In this document: positions 17,777-26,965 of the stretch, one piece after another
Numbering within the stretch: position 1 is the first letter of the stretch
How the letters are laid out: each line of letters opens with the position of its first letter
DNA from: Porticoccaceae bacterium
GTDB lineage: Bacteria > Pseudomonadota > Gammaproteobacteria > Pseudomonadales > Porticoccaceae
Direction: 5' to 3'
DNA length: 64,000 nucleotides
Assembly (NCBI GenBank): GCA_036961295.1
Contig: JBALVX010000001.1
Location: 25,114 to 89,113, forward strand
The notes under the pieces: generated by a model
Seen by the model: only the letters and a program-made list of their open reading frames with translations
Told to the model about the DNA's origin: nothing
Databases searched by the model: none
Program-made: the position numbers and the translations under genes

Positions 17777-18374
17777 TGGAGCGTCAACGGCAACAAGAAG
17801 TCTTGAGTCTCACACAAGGTTAGTGTTGTTGCCTGTGCATAAAACTACGGTCGCTAAGGACGTAAGCTGGCCCTCGCGTCCAGAAAGCGACGACGGCTAC
17901 GGCTTTAAGTTAGTTGTCCTCGGCTTTTCTGCAAACCCTACAAATGGGGTTGTGGGCATTAGCCCACAACAATTAGAAGACGAGAATGTATGCGATAGAG
18001 TCATTGAATTAGATCGCTCTTTAAATCTGCCTAGAAAGTTACTGGCGGAAGCTCTCCAAATATCGAGGACAACGCTATACGATCTTCTTAACGGGGCTAA
18101 TCGAGAGTATAGAAATGAGGCTAGACTGAATAAGATGGAGTACGCAGCATCAATTATTCGCAAATCAACTGATTACCCAATTGGACGTAGTGCGATTGCG
18201 GTAAAGATTGATGGCAGTTCGTTGTCCGACGTATTGAAAGCAGATGATATTAGCTCTTCGGCTGTTGAGCAATTCGCAGTAGCAATTAACGCTATTAAAG
18301 AGAGAGAACGACTTGCCGAAGAGGATATATCGTCCAAAAATGAGCAGTATGCTCAAACGCAATTCACGGGATAG
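17769..18374 (+). CDS. HTH-containing protein (cargo gene B)
   Basis: ATG overlaps the gene A stop by 8 nt (GATGAATAA). AAGGAGGAG lies upstream. XRE-like HTH LPRKLLAEALQISRTTLYDLLNG mid-protein. Confidence 0.6.
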   Translation: MNNGASTATRSLESHTRLVLLPVHKTTVAKDVSWPSRPESDDGYGFKLVVLGFSANPTNGVVGISPQQLEDENVCDRVIELDRSLNLPRKLLAEALQISRTTLYDLLNGANREYRNEARLNKMEYAASIIRKSTDYPIGRSAIAVKIDGSSLSDVLKADDISSSAVEQFAVAINAIKERERLAEEDISSKNEQYAQTQFTG

Positions 18375-18379
18375 CATGC

Positions 18380-19189
18380 ATGAGTGCAGAAGTAGAATGG
18401 ACTCAGGGCAGCTACTTCAAATTTAGTCACCTATCTGAAGAAACTAAAGCTCAATTTAAAGAAGGTATCCCAGGGCAAGGCAGAATTCGGGGAACTTCCT
18501 TAATTGTAGTAATCTCACAAGATTGTGATATTCAGGCTTCGAGCGGCGTCGAGTTTTATGTTCAGCTGATGGTGGCAGAGCGGGTGAATTCTACCCCTCC
18601 GTTAAATTATCACGCTAGATCATCGCGTTTTCTTGCGCTTGACATAGGCGGGGCCATATTCAAGCTCAAAGCCTTAAAGATTTGCTTCTTTCCGAAAGAG
18701 GCTTTTTTCGAGTGCAAAGAATCTTCTCAAAATAGGGGCGAGTTTGATTTTGAGCAAAAGGAATTGCTGAGACGTTGGTTAGCACAACGCTATAACAGAG
18801 CCGCTTTACCAGACAGCTTTAACAGACGAATTTCGGGTGTAATAGATCTGTTGCCAAATCAAAAGGTGGATTTGTACTTAAGATTAGATAGTGAAGTCGA
18901 GAATGAAGACTGCTACGCCGTAGCGATTATTGCGGTCCCATACAAGGGAGCAAATATTGATGCTAAGGGGCAAGTAGAATTGTTCAAAGATATGGAGTTG
19001 CTAGAGATTGCCATAAACAATCAAGGGGGGTTAACTTTTGATAGAGACTGGTTAGACGAAAAGTATTACACATTGGTTATGACCCGCTCTGATACGCCGC
19101 TAGAGGTGTTGGACGAATTTAAAAGATGGAATTTAGACTATATATCCTACAAAGATGATGATTATGGAGTCGGACAAAATGAAGACTAG
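18380..19189 (+). CDS. uncharacterised protein (cargo gene C)
   Basis: 269 aa. Starts 5 nt after the gene B stop. LIVVISQDCDI motif and acidic C-terminus. No family recognised. Confidence 0.6.
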   Translation: MSAEVEWTQGSYFKFSHLSEETKAQFKEGIPGQGRIRGTSLIVVISQDCDIQASSGVEFYVQLMVAERVNSTPPLNYHARSSRFLALDIGGAIFKLKALKICFFPKEAFFECKESSQNRGEFDFEQKELLRRWLAQRYNRAALPDSFNRRISGVIDLLPNQKVDLYLRLDSEVENEDCYAVAIIAVPYKGANIDAKGQVELFKDMELLEIAINNQGGLTFDRDWLDEKYYTLVMTRSDTPLEVLDEFKRWNLDYISYKDDDYGVGQNED

Positions 19190-19196
19190 ATATATT

Positions 19197-19217
19197 TTGG
19201 GGGTATTTATGGGGGTA
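19197..19217. promoter_or_regulatory. putative integrase arm-type sites (attR side)
   Basis: ttgggggta (19197-205) and atgggggta (19209-17), the same motif and orientation as at 12565-12585. Confidence 0.5.
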
Positions 19218-19280
19218 TATCCGATTGAGCAGTTTTTGAAATCTAACTGTGGTACGCGTTGCGGGTTGTGATGTGGGTGT

Positions 19281-19323
19281 GGCTTTGGGCACCATGTTAA
19301 AGACCAGCACCCTCTGCTGGCGA
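19281..19323. repeat. attR: 43-bp direct repeat (displaced tRNA-Leu 3' end)
   Basis: Identical to 12440-12482. Flanking bases differ on both sides. Confidence 0.9.
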
Positions 19324-19330
19324 TAAAAAA

Positions 19331-19352
19331 CCCGCGTAGCAGCGGGTTTTTT
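19331..19352 (+). terminator. rho-independent terminator (original tRNA-Leu terminator)
   Basis: cccgc gtagca gcggg followed by ttttttg. Confidence 0.7.
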
Positions 19353-19474
19353 GTGTCTGAACGATAAGTGTGAGCTTGTAACTGTGCGCTTTTTTATATT
19401 GACATCGAAGGGGGCTGGGGAGTATTTTCGGTAAACAAAGGATTTAAAAGTACAAATCAAAAAAGGAGATTTCG

Positions 19475-19930
19475 ATGAAACTCAAACCCTTGCTCACTAT
19501 GCACGCTGACCTTAAGCCGCCCGTCGACGTCGGTCCCGGTCCCTACGGCAACCGCATGATTTTTGATGTCATCGGTGGCACTTTCACCGGCGATAAACTG
19601 CGCGGTACTTTGCTGCCCAGTGGCGGCGACTGGATATTAATTGACGAGCGGGGCGTCGGTAAGCTCGATGTGAGAATTACTCTCCAGACCGAGGATGGCG
19701 CGCTACTCTACGTGCAATATCACGGCGTGCTGGCCATGAACGAAGCCGTTAACGTAGCGGTGGGCGGTGGTGAACCCATGGACTTTGGCGATACCTACTT
19801 TATGACGCAGCCGCGCGTGGAAACCGGGGATGAGCGCTACCGTTGGCTCAACGATATTGTCGCGGTCGCCGAAGGTCGGGTAGTCGATCACGCGGTTGAA
19901 TATAAGGTGTACGAGTTGGTTAATGATTAA
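19475..19930 (+). CDS. DUF3237 (UPF0311) family protein
   Basis: 151 aa. GPGPYGNRMIFDVIGGTFTGDKLRGTLLPSGGDWILIDERGVGKLDVR. Confidence 0.7.
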   Translation: MKLKPLLTMHADLKPPVDVGPGPYGNRMIFDVIGGTFTGDKLRGTLLPSGGDWILIDERGVGKLDVRITLQTEDGALLYVQYHGVLAMNEAVNVAVGGGEPMDFGDTYFMTQPRVETGDERYRWLNDIVAVAEGRVVDHAVEYKVYELVND

Positions 19931-20056
19931 GGGCTGAATGCCATTCTCAAGTGTATATTTGCGATTGGTACAGAGTTTTACTGAAGTTGGGTAAAGGGTG
20001 CTTATTGGCGATCTTAGCGGCCGCCCATTCAATCCATGAAGAAGAGTCAATTAGTC

Positions 20057-20085
20057 TTGACCCTGCGGTGCCTGAGACCTATAAT
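20057..20085 (+). promoter_or_regulatory. candidate sigma70 promoter upstream of tRNA-fMet
   Basis: TTGACC - 17 nt - TATAAT followed by a GC-rich discriminator (ccccggccc). However, it is about 145 nt from the tRNA 5' end. Confidence 0.4.
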
Positions 20086-20229
20086 CCCCGGCCCTTGAGT
20101 TCAGGCGTTTCAGGGCTTCTGAAGCAAGGGTAAACGGAAGGTTGTTAAGTGGGTTTGATAGTTGTGTTGTGGCCAGTTATGGGGCTGCATCGTCAAAGCC
20201 AAAACCGGAAGTTGGAAACCAGTTAATGA

Positions 20230-20306
<77 letters not shown>

Positions 20307-20347
20307 AACTTTGGCTCGAAGCTTTGCTTCGGCTAAATGGTACGTTA

Positions 20348-20376
20348 AAGCCCCTGGTTTCAGGGGCTTTTTGTTT
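20348..20376 (+). terminator. rho-independent terminator/attenuator between tRNA-fMet and rimP
   Basis: aagcccctg gttt caggggctt followed by tttgttt. Confidence 0.7.
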
Positions 20377-20482
20377 ATAGGGTGTTCGGTTTATTTAGAG
20401 CTGAGGCCTTGTTAAAGATTCGATTTCAGGCTTGCGCCAGCGGTATCTTACGCAGGTAAAATGCAGGTCCGGAGGACAGAGA

Positions 20483-20938
20483 TTGGCAAGGCAAGATGAA
20501 ACCTTAAATGCGTTGATAGCGCCGGTAGTTGAGGCCCTGGATTGTAAGCTCTGGGGTCTTGAATATAACACTGGCGGTCGATACAGCGTGTTGCGGATTT
20601 ATATTGACCGCGAGAGTGGCATCGGCATCGACGAATGCGAGAACGTAAGCCGCCAGGTGAGTAGCTTGCTGGATGTGGAAGAGGTGATTACAGGGCAATA
20701 TACCCTTGAGGTATCGTCACCAGGTTTGGATAGACCCCTGTATAATTTGACGCAGTATCAGCAATTTGCTGGCGAAGATATTAAGCTGCGTTTGCGTATT
20801 CCCTTTGAGGGACAGCGCAAGTTTCACGGGCGGCTTAATGGTGTTGAGGGCGACGATGTCGTGCTCATGGTAGAAGACAACGAGTATTTGTTCCCGGTGG
20901 ATAACATCGAACGTGCAACTGTAGTCCCGCGCTTTTAG
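20483..20938 (+). CDS. rimP: ribosome maturation factor RimP
   Basis: TTG 20483 has GGAGGA 6 nt upstream and gives about 151 aa. LNALIAPVVEALDCKLWGLEY...EVSSPGLDRPL. The ORF track start at 20432 is probably too long. Confidence 0.85.
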   Translation: MARQDETLNALIAPVVEALDCKLWGLEYNTGGRYSVLRIYIDRESGIGIDECENVSRQVSSLLDVEEVITGQYTLEVSSPGLDRPLYNLTQYQQFAGEDIKLRLRIPFEGQRKFHGRLNGVEGDDVVLMVEDNEYLFPVDNIERATVVPRF

Positions 20939-20962
20939 CGGGGGTGACCGAGAGATAAATGG

Positions 20963-22486
20963 ATGGAAAATGAAATCCTGTTGGTTGCGGAAGCGGTCTC
21001 TAACGAGAAAGGCGTTTCCCAAGAGGTAATTTTTGAGGCTCTCGAGCAGGCGCTCGCGATGGCCACCAAAAAACGCTATGACGAAGACTCGAACATCCGT
21101 GTGATGATCGATCGTCAGACCGGCGAGTACGCGAGTTTTCGCTGGTGGGACGTGGTCGACGACGAAACCATGGCCGAGCTGGGTACCCAGCTCACCACCG
21201 AGGAAGCGATTGAGAAAGATCCTGCGCTGAAGCCGGGTGACAGCCATGAAGAGCCAATCGACAATGTCGAGTTTGGCCGCATCGCCGCGCAAATCGCCAA
21301 GCAAGTTATCGTGCAAAAAGTGCGCGATGCTGAGCGTGCGCTGGTAGCCGAAAAATACAGTAATCGCATCGGTGAATTGATTAGCGGTACGGTTAAAAAA
21401 GTCACCCGCGAACATGTCATTATTGATCTGGGTAACAACGCCGAGGGCTTGCTGCCCCGCGAAGAATTGGTGGGTCGCGAAGTGTTTCGCGTCAACGACC
21501 GGGTTCGTACTGTGCTGCTGGAAATTCGCCCCGAAGGTCGAGGCCCGGTATTGCTGCTGAGCCGCAAATGCAATGAAATGTTGCTGGAATTATTTAATAT
21601 TGAAGTGCCGGAAATTGCCGAGCAAGTGATTGAGATTCGCGCAGTAGCGCGGGACCCTGGCTCGCGCGCAAAAATTGCCGTTAAAACTAACGATGGTCGC
21701 ATGGACCCCATTGGTGCCTGCGTAGGTATGCGCGGTGCACGGGTGCAAGCGGTATCCAACGAGCTCGATGGTGAGCGCATCGATATCGTGCTGTGGGACG
21801 ATAACCCCGCACAGCTGGTGATCAACGCGATGGCGCCTGCCGAAGTTGAATCCATTATTGTCGATGAAGATCGACACACTATGGATGTCGCGGTTGCCGA
21901 AGAGAACCTGGCTCAGGCCATTGGCCGAGGCGGCCAAAACGTACGCCTGGCAACCGAAATGACGACGTGGAATATCAATGTCATGACGGTGGATGACATT
22001 AATTCCAAGCAGGAAGAAGAAGCGGGCGGCATTGTCGAAAGCTTTATGGAAAAACTCGATATCGACGAAGATGTCGCTATCGTGCTGGTTGAAGAAGGTT
22101 TTACTACGCTGGAAGAAGTTGCCTACGTACCCCTGGAAGAAATGGCGGGTATCGATGGTTTTGACGAAGAGATTGCCGAGGAGCTACGCGCTCGAGCTAA
22201 GGACGCATTGTTAACTAATGCCCTGGCATCGGAAGAAGAATTAGCGAATGCCAAACCGGCGGAAGACCTGCTAGGTATGGCCGGTATGGATCAGACGCTA
22301 GCTTATACGCTCGCGGCTAAGGGTATTGTCACCATGGAAGACCTGGCTGAACTGGCCGTTGATGACTTGCTCGAAATAGAAGAAATGGAAGCGGAGCGTG
22401 CGGCGGAATTAATTATGACTGCTCGCGCGCCCTGGTTTGAAGATGAGCCTGAGACAGGCGAAAGTGTTGCGGAAGATCAAGCCTGA
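20963..22486 (+). CDS. nusA: transcription termination/antitermination factor NusA
   Basis: 507 aa. [28 protein letters not shown], with S1, KH and AR domains. Confidence 0.97.
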   Translation: MENEILLVAEAVSNEKGVSQEVIFEALEQALAMATKKRYDEDSNIRVMIDRQTGEYASFRWWDVVDDETMAELGTQLTTEEAIEKDPALKPGDSHEEPIDNVEFGRIAAQIAKQVIVQKVRDAERALVAEKYSNRIGELISGTVKKVTREHVIIDLGNNAEGLLPREELVGREVFRVNDRVRTVLLEIRPEGRGPVLLLSRKCNEMLLELFNIEVPEIAEQVIEIRAVARDPGSRAKIAVKTNDGRMDPIGACVGMRGARVQAVSNELDGERIDIVLWDDNPAQLVINAMAPAEVESIIVDEDRHTMDVAVAEENLAQAIGRGGQNVRLATEMTTWNINVMTVDDINSKQEEEAGGIVESFMEKLDIDEDVAIVLVEEGFTTLEEVAYVPLEEMAGIDGFDEEIAEELRARAKDALLTNALASEEELANAKPAEDLLGMAGMDQTLAYTLAAKGIVTMEDLAELAVDDLLEIEEMEAERAAELIMTARAPWFEDEPETGESVAEDQA

Positions 22487-22519
22487 TTATTAAGCGCGCT
22501 AACCGAGGGATAGATTTAC

Positions 22520-25141
22520 ATGGCTGAAGTGACTGTCACCGAACTAGCCGACGTGGTCGGCGCCTCCGTAGAACGACTGCTGAAACAAATGCAGGAAGCC
22601 GGGCTGTCACACAGCTCTGCAGAAGAAACCGTCAACGATGAAGACAAGCAAAAGCTGCTGGTCTATCTAAAAGGTTTGCACGGTGAGCAGGCCGACGAAC
22701 CACGCAAAATTACCTTGCGCCGCAAAAGTGTCAGTACGCTTAAAGCCGGGGCGGGTAGAAAAACCGTTAATGTCGAAGTTCGTAAGAAGCGCACCTACGT
22801 TAAGCGCGATCTTGAACCAGAAACGGTATCTGCACCTGCTCCTGAACCCGTACTTGAGCCCGTATCTGAATCGGTACCTGAATCTGTAGAACCTGCGGTT
22901 GTTGAGGAAGTTCCTACTCCTGCTCCAGCTCCGAAACCCGCCACACCCCTGGCGGGCAAGCGCGTGTCGTTGCTCGACGGCGTCGAGGACAAGCGCCTGG
23001 CGGCGATAAGCAATCGTAAAAAAGCTGAAGCAGAGCGTGTGCGATCGGTTGAAGAAGCTCGACAGGAGCGCTTGCAACAAGAGCAAGCAGACAAGGATAA
23101 GAAGGCGGGGACGAAACCGTCTGCGCCCGGTGCTGCTGCCCCCGCTGAAGATACGAAGCCGGGTAAGCGTCGCGAAAAGCATTTTGAAGATAAGCCTGTT
23201 GTTGAGGCAGAAGAAAAACCTAAAAAGAAAAAATCAATTAAAGGTGCGCGTAAAAAGCGCCCCGAAGACTTGCTTGCCGAGGCGGCATTAGAGGATGACG
23301 AGGGTGGTCGACCTCGCCTGAAATCGAAGCAGCCGATCGTCAAAATCAAAAATGTTCACGTGTTTAAAAAACCGACTGAAAAAACCACGCATAGCGTCGA
23401 AATTCCCGAGCAAATATCCGTCAGCGACCTGGCTCAACGCATGTCGGTGAAAGGTGTCGCGGTGGTAAAAGAGCTGATGAAGCTCGGCACGATGGCAACT
23501 ATTAACGAAGTTATTGAGCAGGACGTCGCCGTACTGGTGGTAGAAGAATTGGGTCATACCCCGGTGCTGGTTTCGGCCACCCATGAAGAAGATCGATTCC
23601 GCGATGATATCGTCACCGAAGAAGGTGTCGAGTTACCTCGTGCGCCTGTAGTTACGGTGATGGGCCACGTCGATCACGGCAAAACCTCATTGCTCGATTG
23701 TATTCGCAAATCCCGTGTCGCCTCCGGCGAAGCGGGCGGTATTACCCAGCATATTGGCGCGTATCACGTTGATACTCCGAAAGGCATGGTGACCTTCCTC
23801 GATACTCCTGGTCACGCGGCGTTTACCGCCATGCGTGCTCGTGGTGCTCAGTCTACCGATGTGGTGATTCTGGTGGTTGCCGCCGACGATGGCGTGATGC
23901 CGCAGACCGAAGAAGCGGTTAAACATGCGCGCGCAGCCGGTGTGCCACTGGTCGTCGCCATTAATAAAATGGATAAAGAGGGTGCCAATCCGGATCAGGT
24001 CATTAACGAACTGGCCGTGTTGGAAGTCGTACCTGAAGAATGGGGCGGCGATACCCAGTTTATAAAAGTCTCTGCCTTGACCGGTGACGGCATTGAAGCC
24101 CTGCTCGAAGCGGTATTGTTGCAAGCTGAATTACTTGAATTAACCGCGCCAGTCGAAGTGCCCGCACGCGGGGTGATTGTTGAAGCGCGTATTGATAAAG
24201 GTCGTGGTGTCGTAGCGACAGCGCTGATACAGGCGGGCACGTTAAGCCAGGGTGATTTTGTCCTCGCTGGTGAAAGTGTCGGTAAAGTACGCGCCATGAT
24301 TGGCGACGATGGTAAAGCGATAAAAGCTGCGGGGCCGTCGATTCCGGTTGAGATTTTAGGGCTCGATACGCCACCCAATGCGGGCGATGAATTTTTTGTT
24401 ACTGCCGATGAGCGCAAGGCCCGCGAAATTGCGGAACTGCGACAGCATAAAGCGCGCGACGAACGCATGACGCGCCAGCAAGTCGCTAACCTTGAGAACA
24501 TGTTTGCCGGTTTCGAAGGCGGCGAGCAACGGGTTTTACCACTGGTCGTCAAAACCGATGTGCGTGGTTCTTTGGAAGCCATTCTCGCGGCCTTACACGA
24601 TTTTACGACCGATGAGGTTGGCGTCAATATTGTCACTTCCGGGGTTGGTGGTTTAACCGAGTCCGATATTAATTTGGCAGTGACTACCGGTGCCGTGGTA
24701 CTGGGCTTTAACGTGCGCGCCGATGCCGCCGCGCGTAAAGTGGTTGAATCCGAAGGCGTGGATCTGCGCTACTACAGCGTGATTTATCAGTTACTCGACG
24801 AAGTGAAGCAAGCGTTGTCGGGCATGCTGGATCCGGAAATGCGCGAAGAAATTGTCGGTATCGCTGAAGTTCGCGATGTCTTCAGTTCGCCCAAGTTCGG
24901 CCACATTGCCGGTTGTATGGTGATTGAAGGTACGGTGTCTCGCGACAAGCCCATCCGTGTATTGCGCGACAGCGTAGTGATTTATCAGGGTGAGCTGGAA
25001 TCCTTACGGCGCTTTAAAGACGATGTTAAAGACGTACGCAACGGTACTGAGTGCGGTATTGGCGTTAAGGATTACAAAGACGTTAAGCCCGGTGATCAGA
25101 TCGAAGTTTACGAAATTCAGTACATCGACCGAGAACTCTAG
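22520..25141 (+). CDS. infB: translation initiation factor IF-2
   Basis: 873 aa. [21 protein letters not shown]. Confidence 0.97.
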   Translation: MAEVTVTELADVVGASVERLLKQMQEAGLSHSSAEETVNDEDKQKLLVYLKGLHGEQADEPRKITLRRKSVSTLKAGAGRKTVNVEVRKKRTYVKRDLEPETVSAPAPEPVLEPVSESVPESVEPAVVEEVPTPAPAPKPATPLAGKRVSLLDGVEDKRLAAISNRKKAEAERVRSVEEARQERLQQEQADKDKKAGTKPSAPGAAAPAEDTKPGKRREKHFEDKPVVEAEEKPKKKKSIKGARKKRPEDLLAEAALEDDEGGRPRLKSKQPIVKIKNVHVFKKPTEKTTHSVEIPEQISVSDLAQRMSVKGVAVVKELMKLGTMATINEVIEQDVAVLVVEELGHTPVLVSATHEEDRFRDDIVTEEGVELPRAPVVTVMGHVDHGKTSLLDCIRKSRVASGEAGGITQHIGAYHVDTPKGMVTFLDTPGHAAFTAMRARGAQSTDVVILVVAADDGVMPQTEEAVKHARAAGVPLVVAINKMDKEGANPDQVINELAVLEVVPEEWGGDTQFIKVSALTGDGIEALLEAVLLQAELLELTAPVEVPARGVIVEARIDKGRGVVATALIQAGTLSQGDFVLAGESVGKVRAMIGDDGKAIKAAGPSIPVEILGLDTPPNAGDEFFVTADERKAREIAELRQHKARDERMTRQQVANLENMFAGFEGGEQRVLPLVVKTDVRGSLEAILAALHDFTTDEVGVNIVTSGVGGLTESDINLAVTTGAVVLGFNVRADAAARKVVESEGVDLRYYSVIYQLLDEVKQALSGMLDPEMREEIVGIAEVRDVFSSPKFGHIAGCMVIEGTVSRDKPIRVLRDSVVIYQGELESLRRFKDDVKDVRNGTECGIGVKDYKDVKPGDQIEVYEIQYIDREL

Positions 25142-25155
25142 GGCGGGATTAAACG

Positions 25156-25593
25156 ATGCCGAGAGAGTTCAGTCGCAGTGAACGGGTTGCCGATGCCCTA
25201 CAGAGAGAATTAGCGCAGCTGATTCGCACCGACGTTAATGATCCCCGTGTTGGCATGGTTAATGTCACTGGGGTGGATGTCAATCGCGATCTGGCGGTGG
25301 CGAAAGTATACGTCAGCTTTATCGAAGATCGCGAAGACCAGGCCATTAAGGACGCGGTTGCCGCGCTTAACGGCGCTGCGGGTTATTTGCGCTCTCAGTT
25401 GGCGAGCCGCATGACCATGCGCAGCGTGCCAACACTCAAATTCTTCTACGATGCTACCGCTAAAACGGGTCAATATCTGTCGGCATTAATTGATCGGGCC
25501 GTGGCAAGTGACAGTCTCACTAACGATAGTGTCGCCGTAGATAGTAAAGCTATTGATGGTAAGACTGACCACAAGAAACAGGACGCCGAATAG
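25156..25593 (+). CDS. rbfA: ribosome-binding factor A
   Basis: 145 aa. FSRSERVADALQRELAQLI...DPRVGMVNVTGVDV..DL..AKVYVS. Confidence 0.93.
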   Translation: MPREFSRSERVADALQRELAQLIRTDVNDPRVGMVNVTGVDVNRDLAVAKVYVSFIEDREDQAIKDAVAALNGAAGYLRSQLASRMTMRSVPTLKFFYDATAKTGQYLSALIDRAVASDSLTNDSVAVDSKAIDGKTDHKKQDAE

Positions 25594-25594
25594 A

Positions 25595-26533
25595 ATGGGA
25601 CGTCGTCGTCCCCACGGTCGTCCAGTCAGTGGTATTTTGGTACTCGACAAGCCCGCAGGCATAACGTCTAACGCGGCTTTGCAGCAGGCGAAGTATTTAT
25701 TCTACGCCGCCAAGGCCGGACACACTGGTAGTCTAGATCCATTAGCAACCGGAGTATTGCCAGTTTGTTTTGGTGAGGCCACTAAGTTTACCCAGTTTTT
25801 ACTGGAAGCAGACAAAACCTACCTCAGTACGTTTTGCCTGGGTGTTGCAACCGAAACCGGCGATAGTGACGGCGAGATCACCACCGAAAGCAGTGCGGCG
25901 GCGATAACGGAAAGTGCCATCGCTGAATTGTTGCCGCAGTTTCGCGGCGCGATTGAGCAAGTGCCGTCCATGTATTCGGCATTGAAGCACGGTGGCACAC
26001 CGCTGTATAAACTGGCTCGCGCAGGGATTGAAGTCGAACGTCCCGCACGCCCAGTCACGGTATTTCAGTACGACATTATTGATTTTCGCCCCGGCGAGAA
26101 AGCCGAGCTGGATGTAGAGATTCGCTGTAGTAAGGGCACCTATATTCGTACGCTGGCGGAAGATTTAGGACACAAACTAGGTTGTGGTGCCCATGTGACG
26201 GCATTGCGGCGTACCCAGGCTGGACCGTTTCTCGAAAGTGAGTCGATCAGTTTGGAGAAGCTCGAGTCGCTGCGCGAGGGTAAGCAGGGCGAAGATTTAG
26301 ATTTTTTACTGAAGCCGATTGATGCCGCCGTTGGTGATCGTCGGCTGCTGGAATTGCCAGAAAACCTGTGTTGGTACTTCCTGCGCGGTCAACCAGTGAC
26401 CGCCCCGGAGGTCTATCGCGAGGCCAACGAAGGCGATATAGTGCGTGTTTTTCAATCTCAGGGTGAATTCCTTGGGGTTGGCAAAGTATTGGAGGATGGG
26501 CGCGTACAGCCCCATCGTCTGATAGCGGGATAG
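25595..26533 (+). CDS. truB: tRNA pseudouridine(55) synthase TruB
   Basis: ATG lies 1 nt after the rbfA stop. GILVLDKPAGITSN...GHTGSLDPLATGVLP. Confidence 0.93.
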   Translation: MGRRRPHGRPVSGILVLDKPAGITSNAALQQAKYLFYAAKAGHTGSLDPLATGVLPVCFGEATKFTQFLLEADKTYLSTFCLGVATETGDSDGEITTESSAAAITESAIAELLPQFRGAIEQVPSMYSALKHGGTPLYKLARAGIEVERPARPVTVFQYDIIDFRPGEKAELDVEIRCSKGTYIRTLAEDLGHKLGCGAHVTALRRTQAGPFLESESISLEKLESLREGKQGEDLDFLLKPIDAAVGDRRLLELPENLCWYFLRGQPVTAPEVYREANEGDIVRVFQSQGEFLGVGKVLEDGRVQPHRLIAG

Positions 26534-26646
26534 TAAGTTGAAGTGCTTGTTAACATTCACTTAACTTAACGATCCCATTAAACCCTGGACGATCTGTAAA
26601 TATGCACGGATCCGTCTGTATTTCATTGCATATTGGAGAGAAGAAA

Positions 26647-26916
26647 ATGGCATTAAGTCCAGAAGATAAAGCAGCAATCGTAAATGACAACGCGCGTGAA
26701 AAAGGCGATACCGGTTCCCCCGAAGTTCAGGTGGCACTGTTAACCGCTAATATCAACAAGCTGCAAGGTCACTTTAAAGACAACAAAAAAGATCACCACT
26801 CTCGTCGTGGTCTCATCCGCATGGTAAATCAGCGTCGCAAGTTGTTGGATTACCTGAAAGGCAAAGATGGAGCACGTTACGTCGCTCTTATTGCTAAGCT
26901 CGGTTTACGTCGTTAA
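26647..26916 (+). CDS. rpsO: 30S ribosomal protein S15
   Basis: 89 aa. [37 protein letters not shown]. Confidence 0.97.
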   Translation: MALSPEDKAAIVNDNAREKGDTGSPEVQVALLTANINKLQGHFKDNKKDHHSRRGLIRMVNQRRKLLDYLKGKDGARYVALIAKLGLRR

Positions 26917-26930
26917 TCACATAATACTTT

Positions 26931-26956
26931 CAGCGCTCCATGGGGGGCGCTGTTGC
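26931..26956 (+). terminator. rpsO terminator / pnp-leader hairpin
   Basis: cagcgctcc atg ggggcgctg stem-loop between rpsO and pnp. Confidence 0.5.
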
Positions 26957-26965
26957 AACTGACTG

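Larger units (their letters stand above)
12440..19323 (+). mobile_element. 6.9-kb integrative genomic island in the tRNA-Leu 3' end
   Basis: Perfect 43-bp att repeats, integrase next to the tRNA, AlpA, arm-type repeats at both ends and orphan cargo. It interrupts the conserved secG-tRNA-Leu / tRNA-fMet-rimP junction. Confidence 0.85.

Noticed and set aside
19119-19460. 113-aa minus-strand ORF spanning the island end, attR and the terminator.
   Set aside because: It crosses the att repeat and a terminator hairpin, has no RBS, and is an artefact of AT-rich intergenic DNA.
22667-24636. Long antisense and alternate-frame ORFs within infB (22667..23182 -, 22795..23349 -, 23995..24636 -, etc.). 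Similar ORFs occur inside nusA, pnp, fadH, the carboxylase genes and the BVMOs.
   Set aside because: They are shadow ORFs of strongly supported genes, with no independent RBS or motif evidence.
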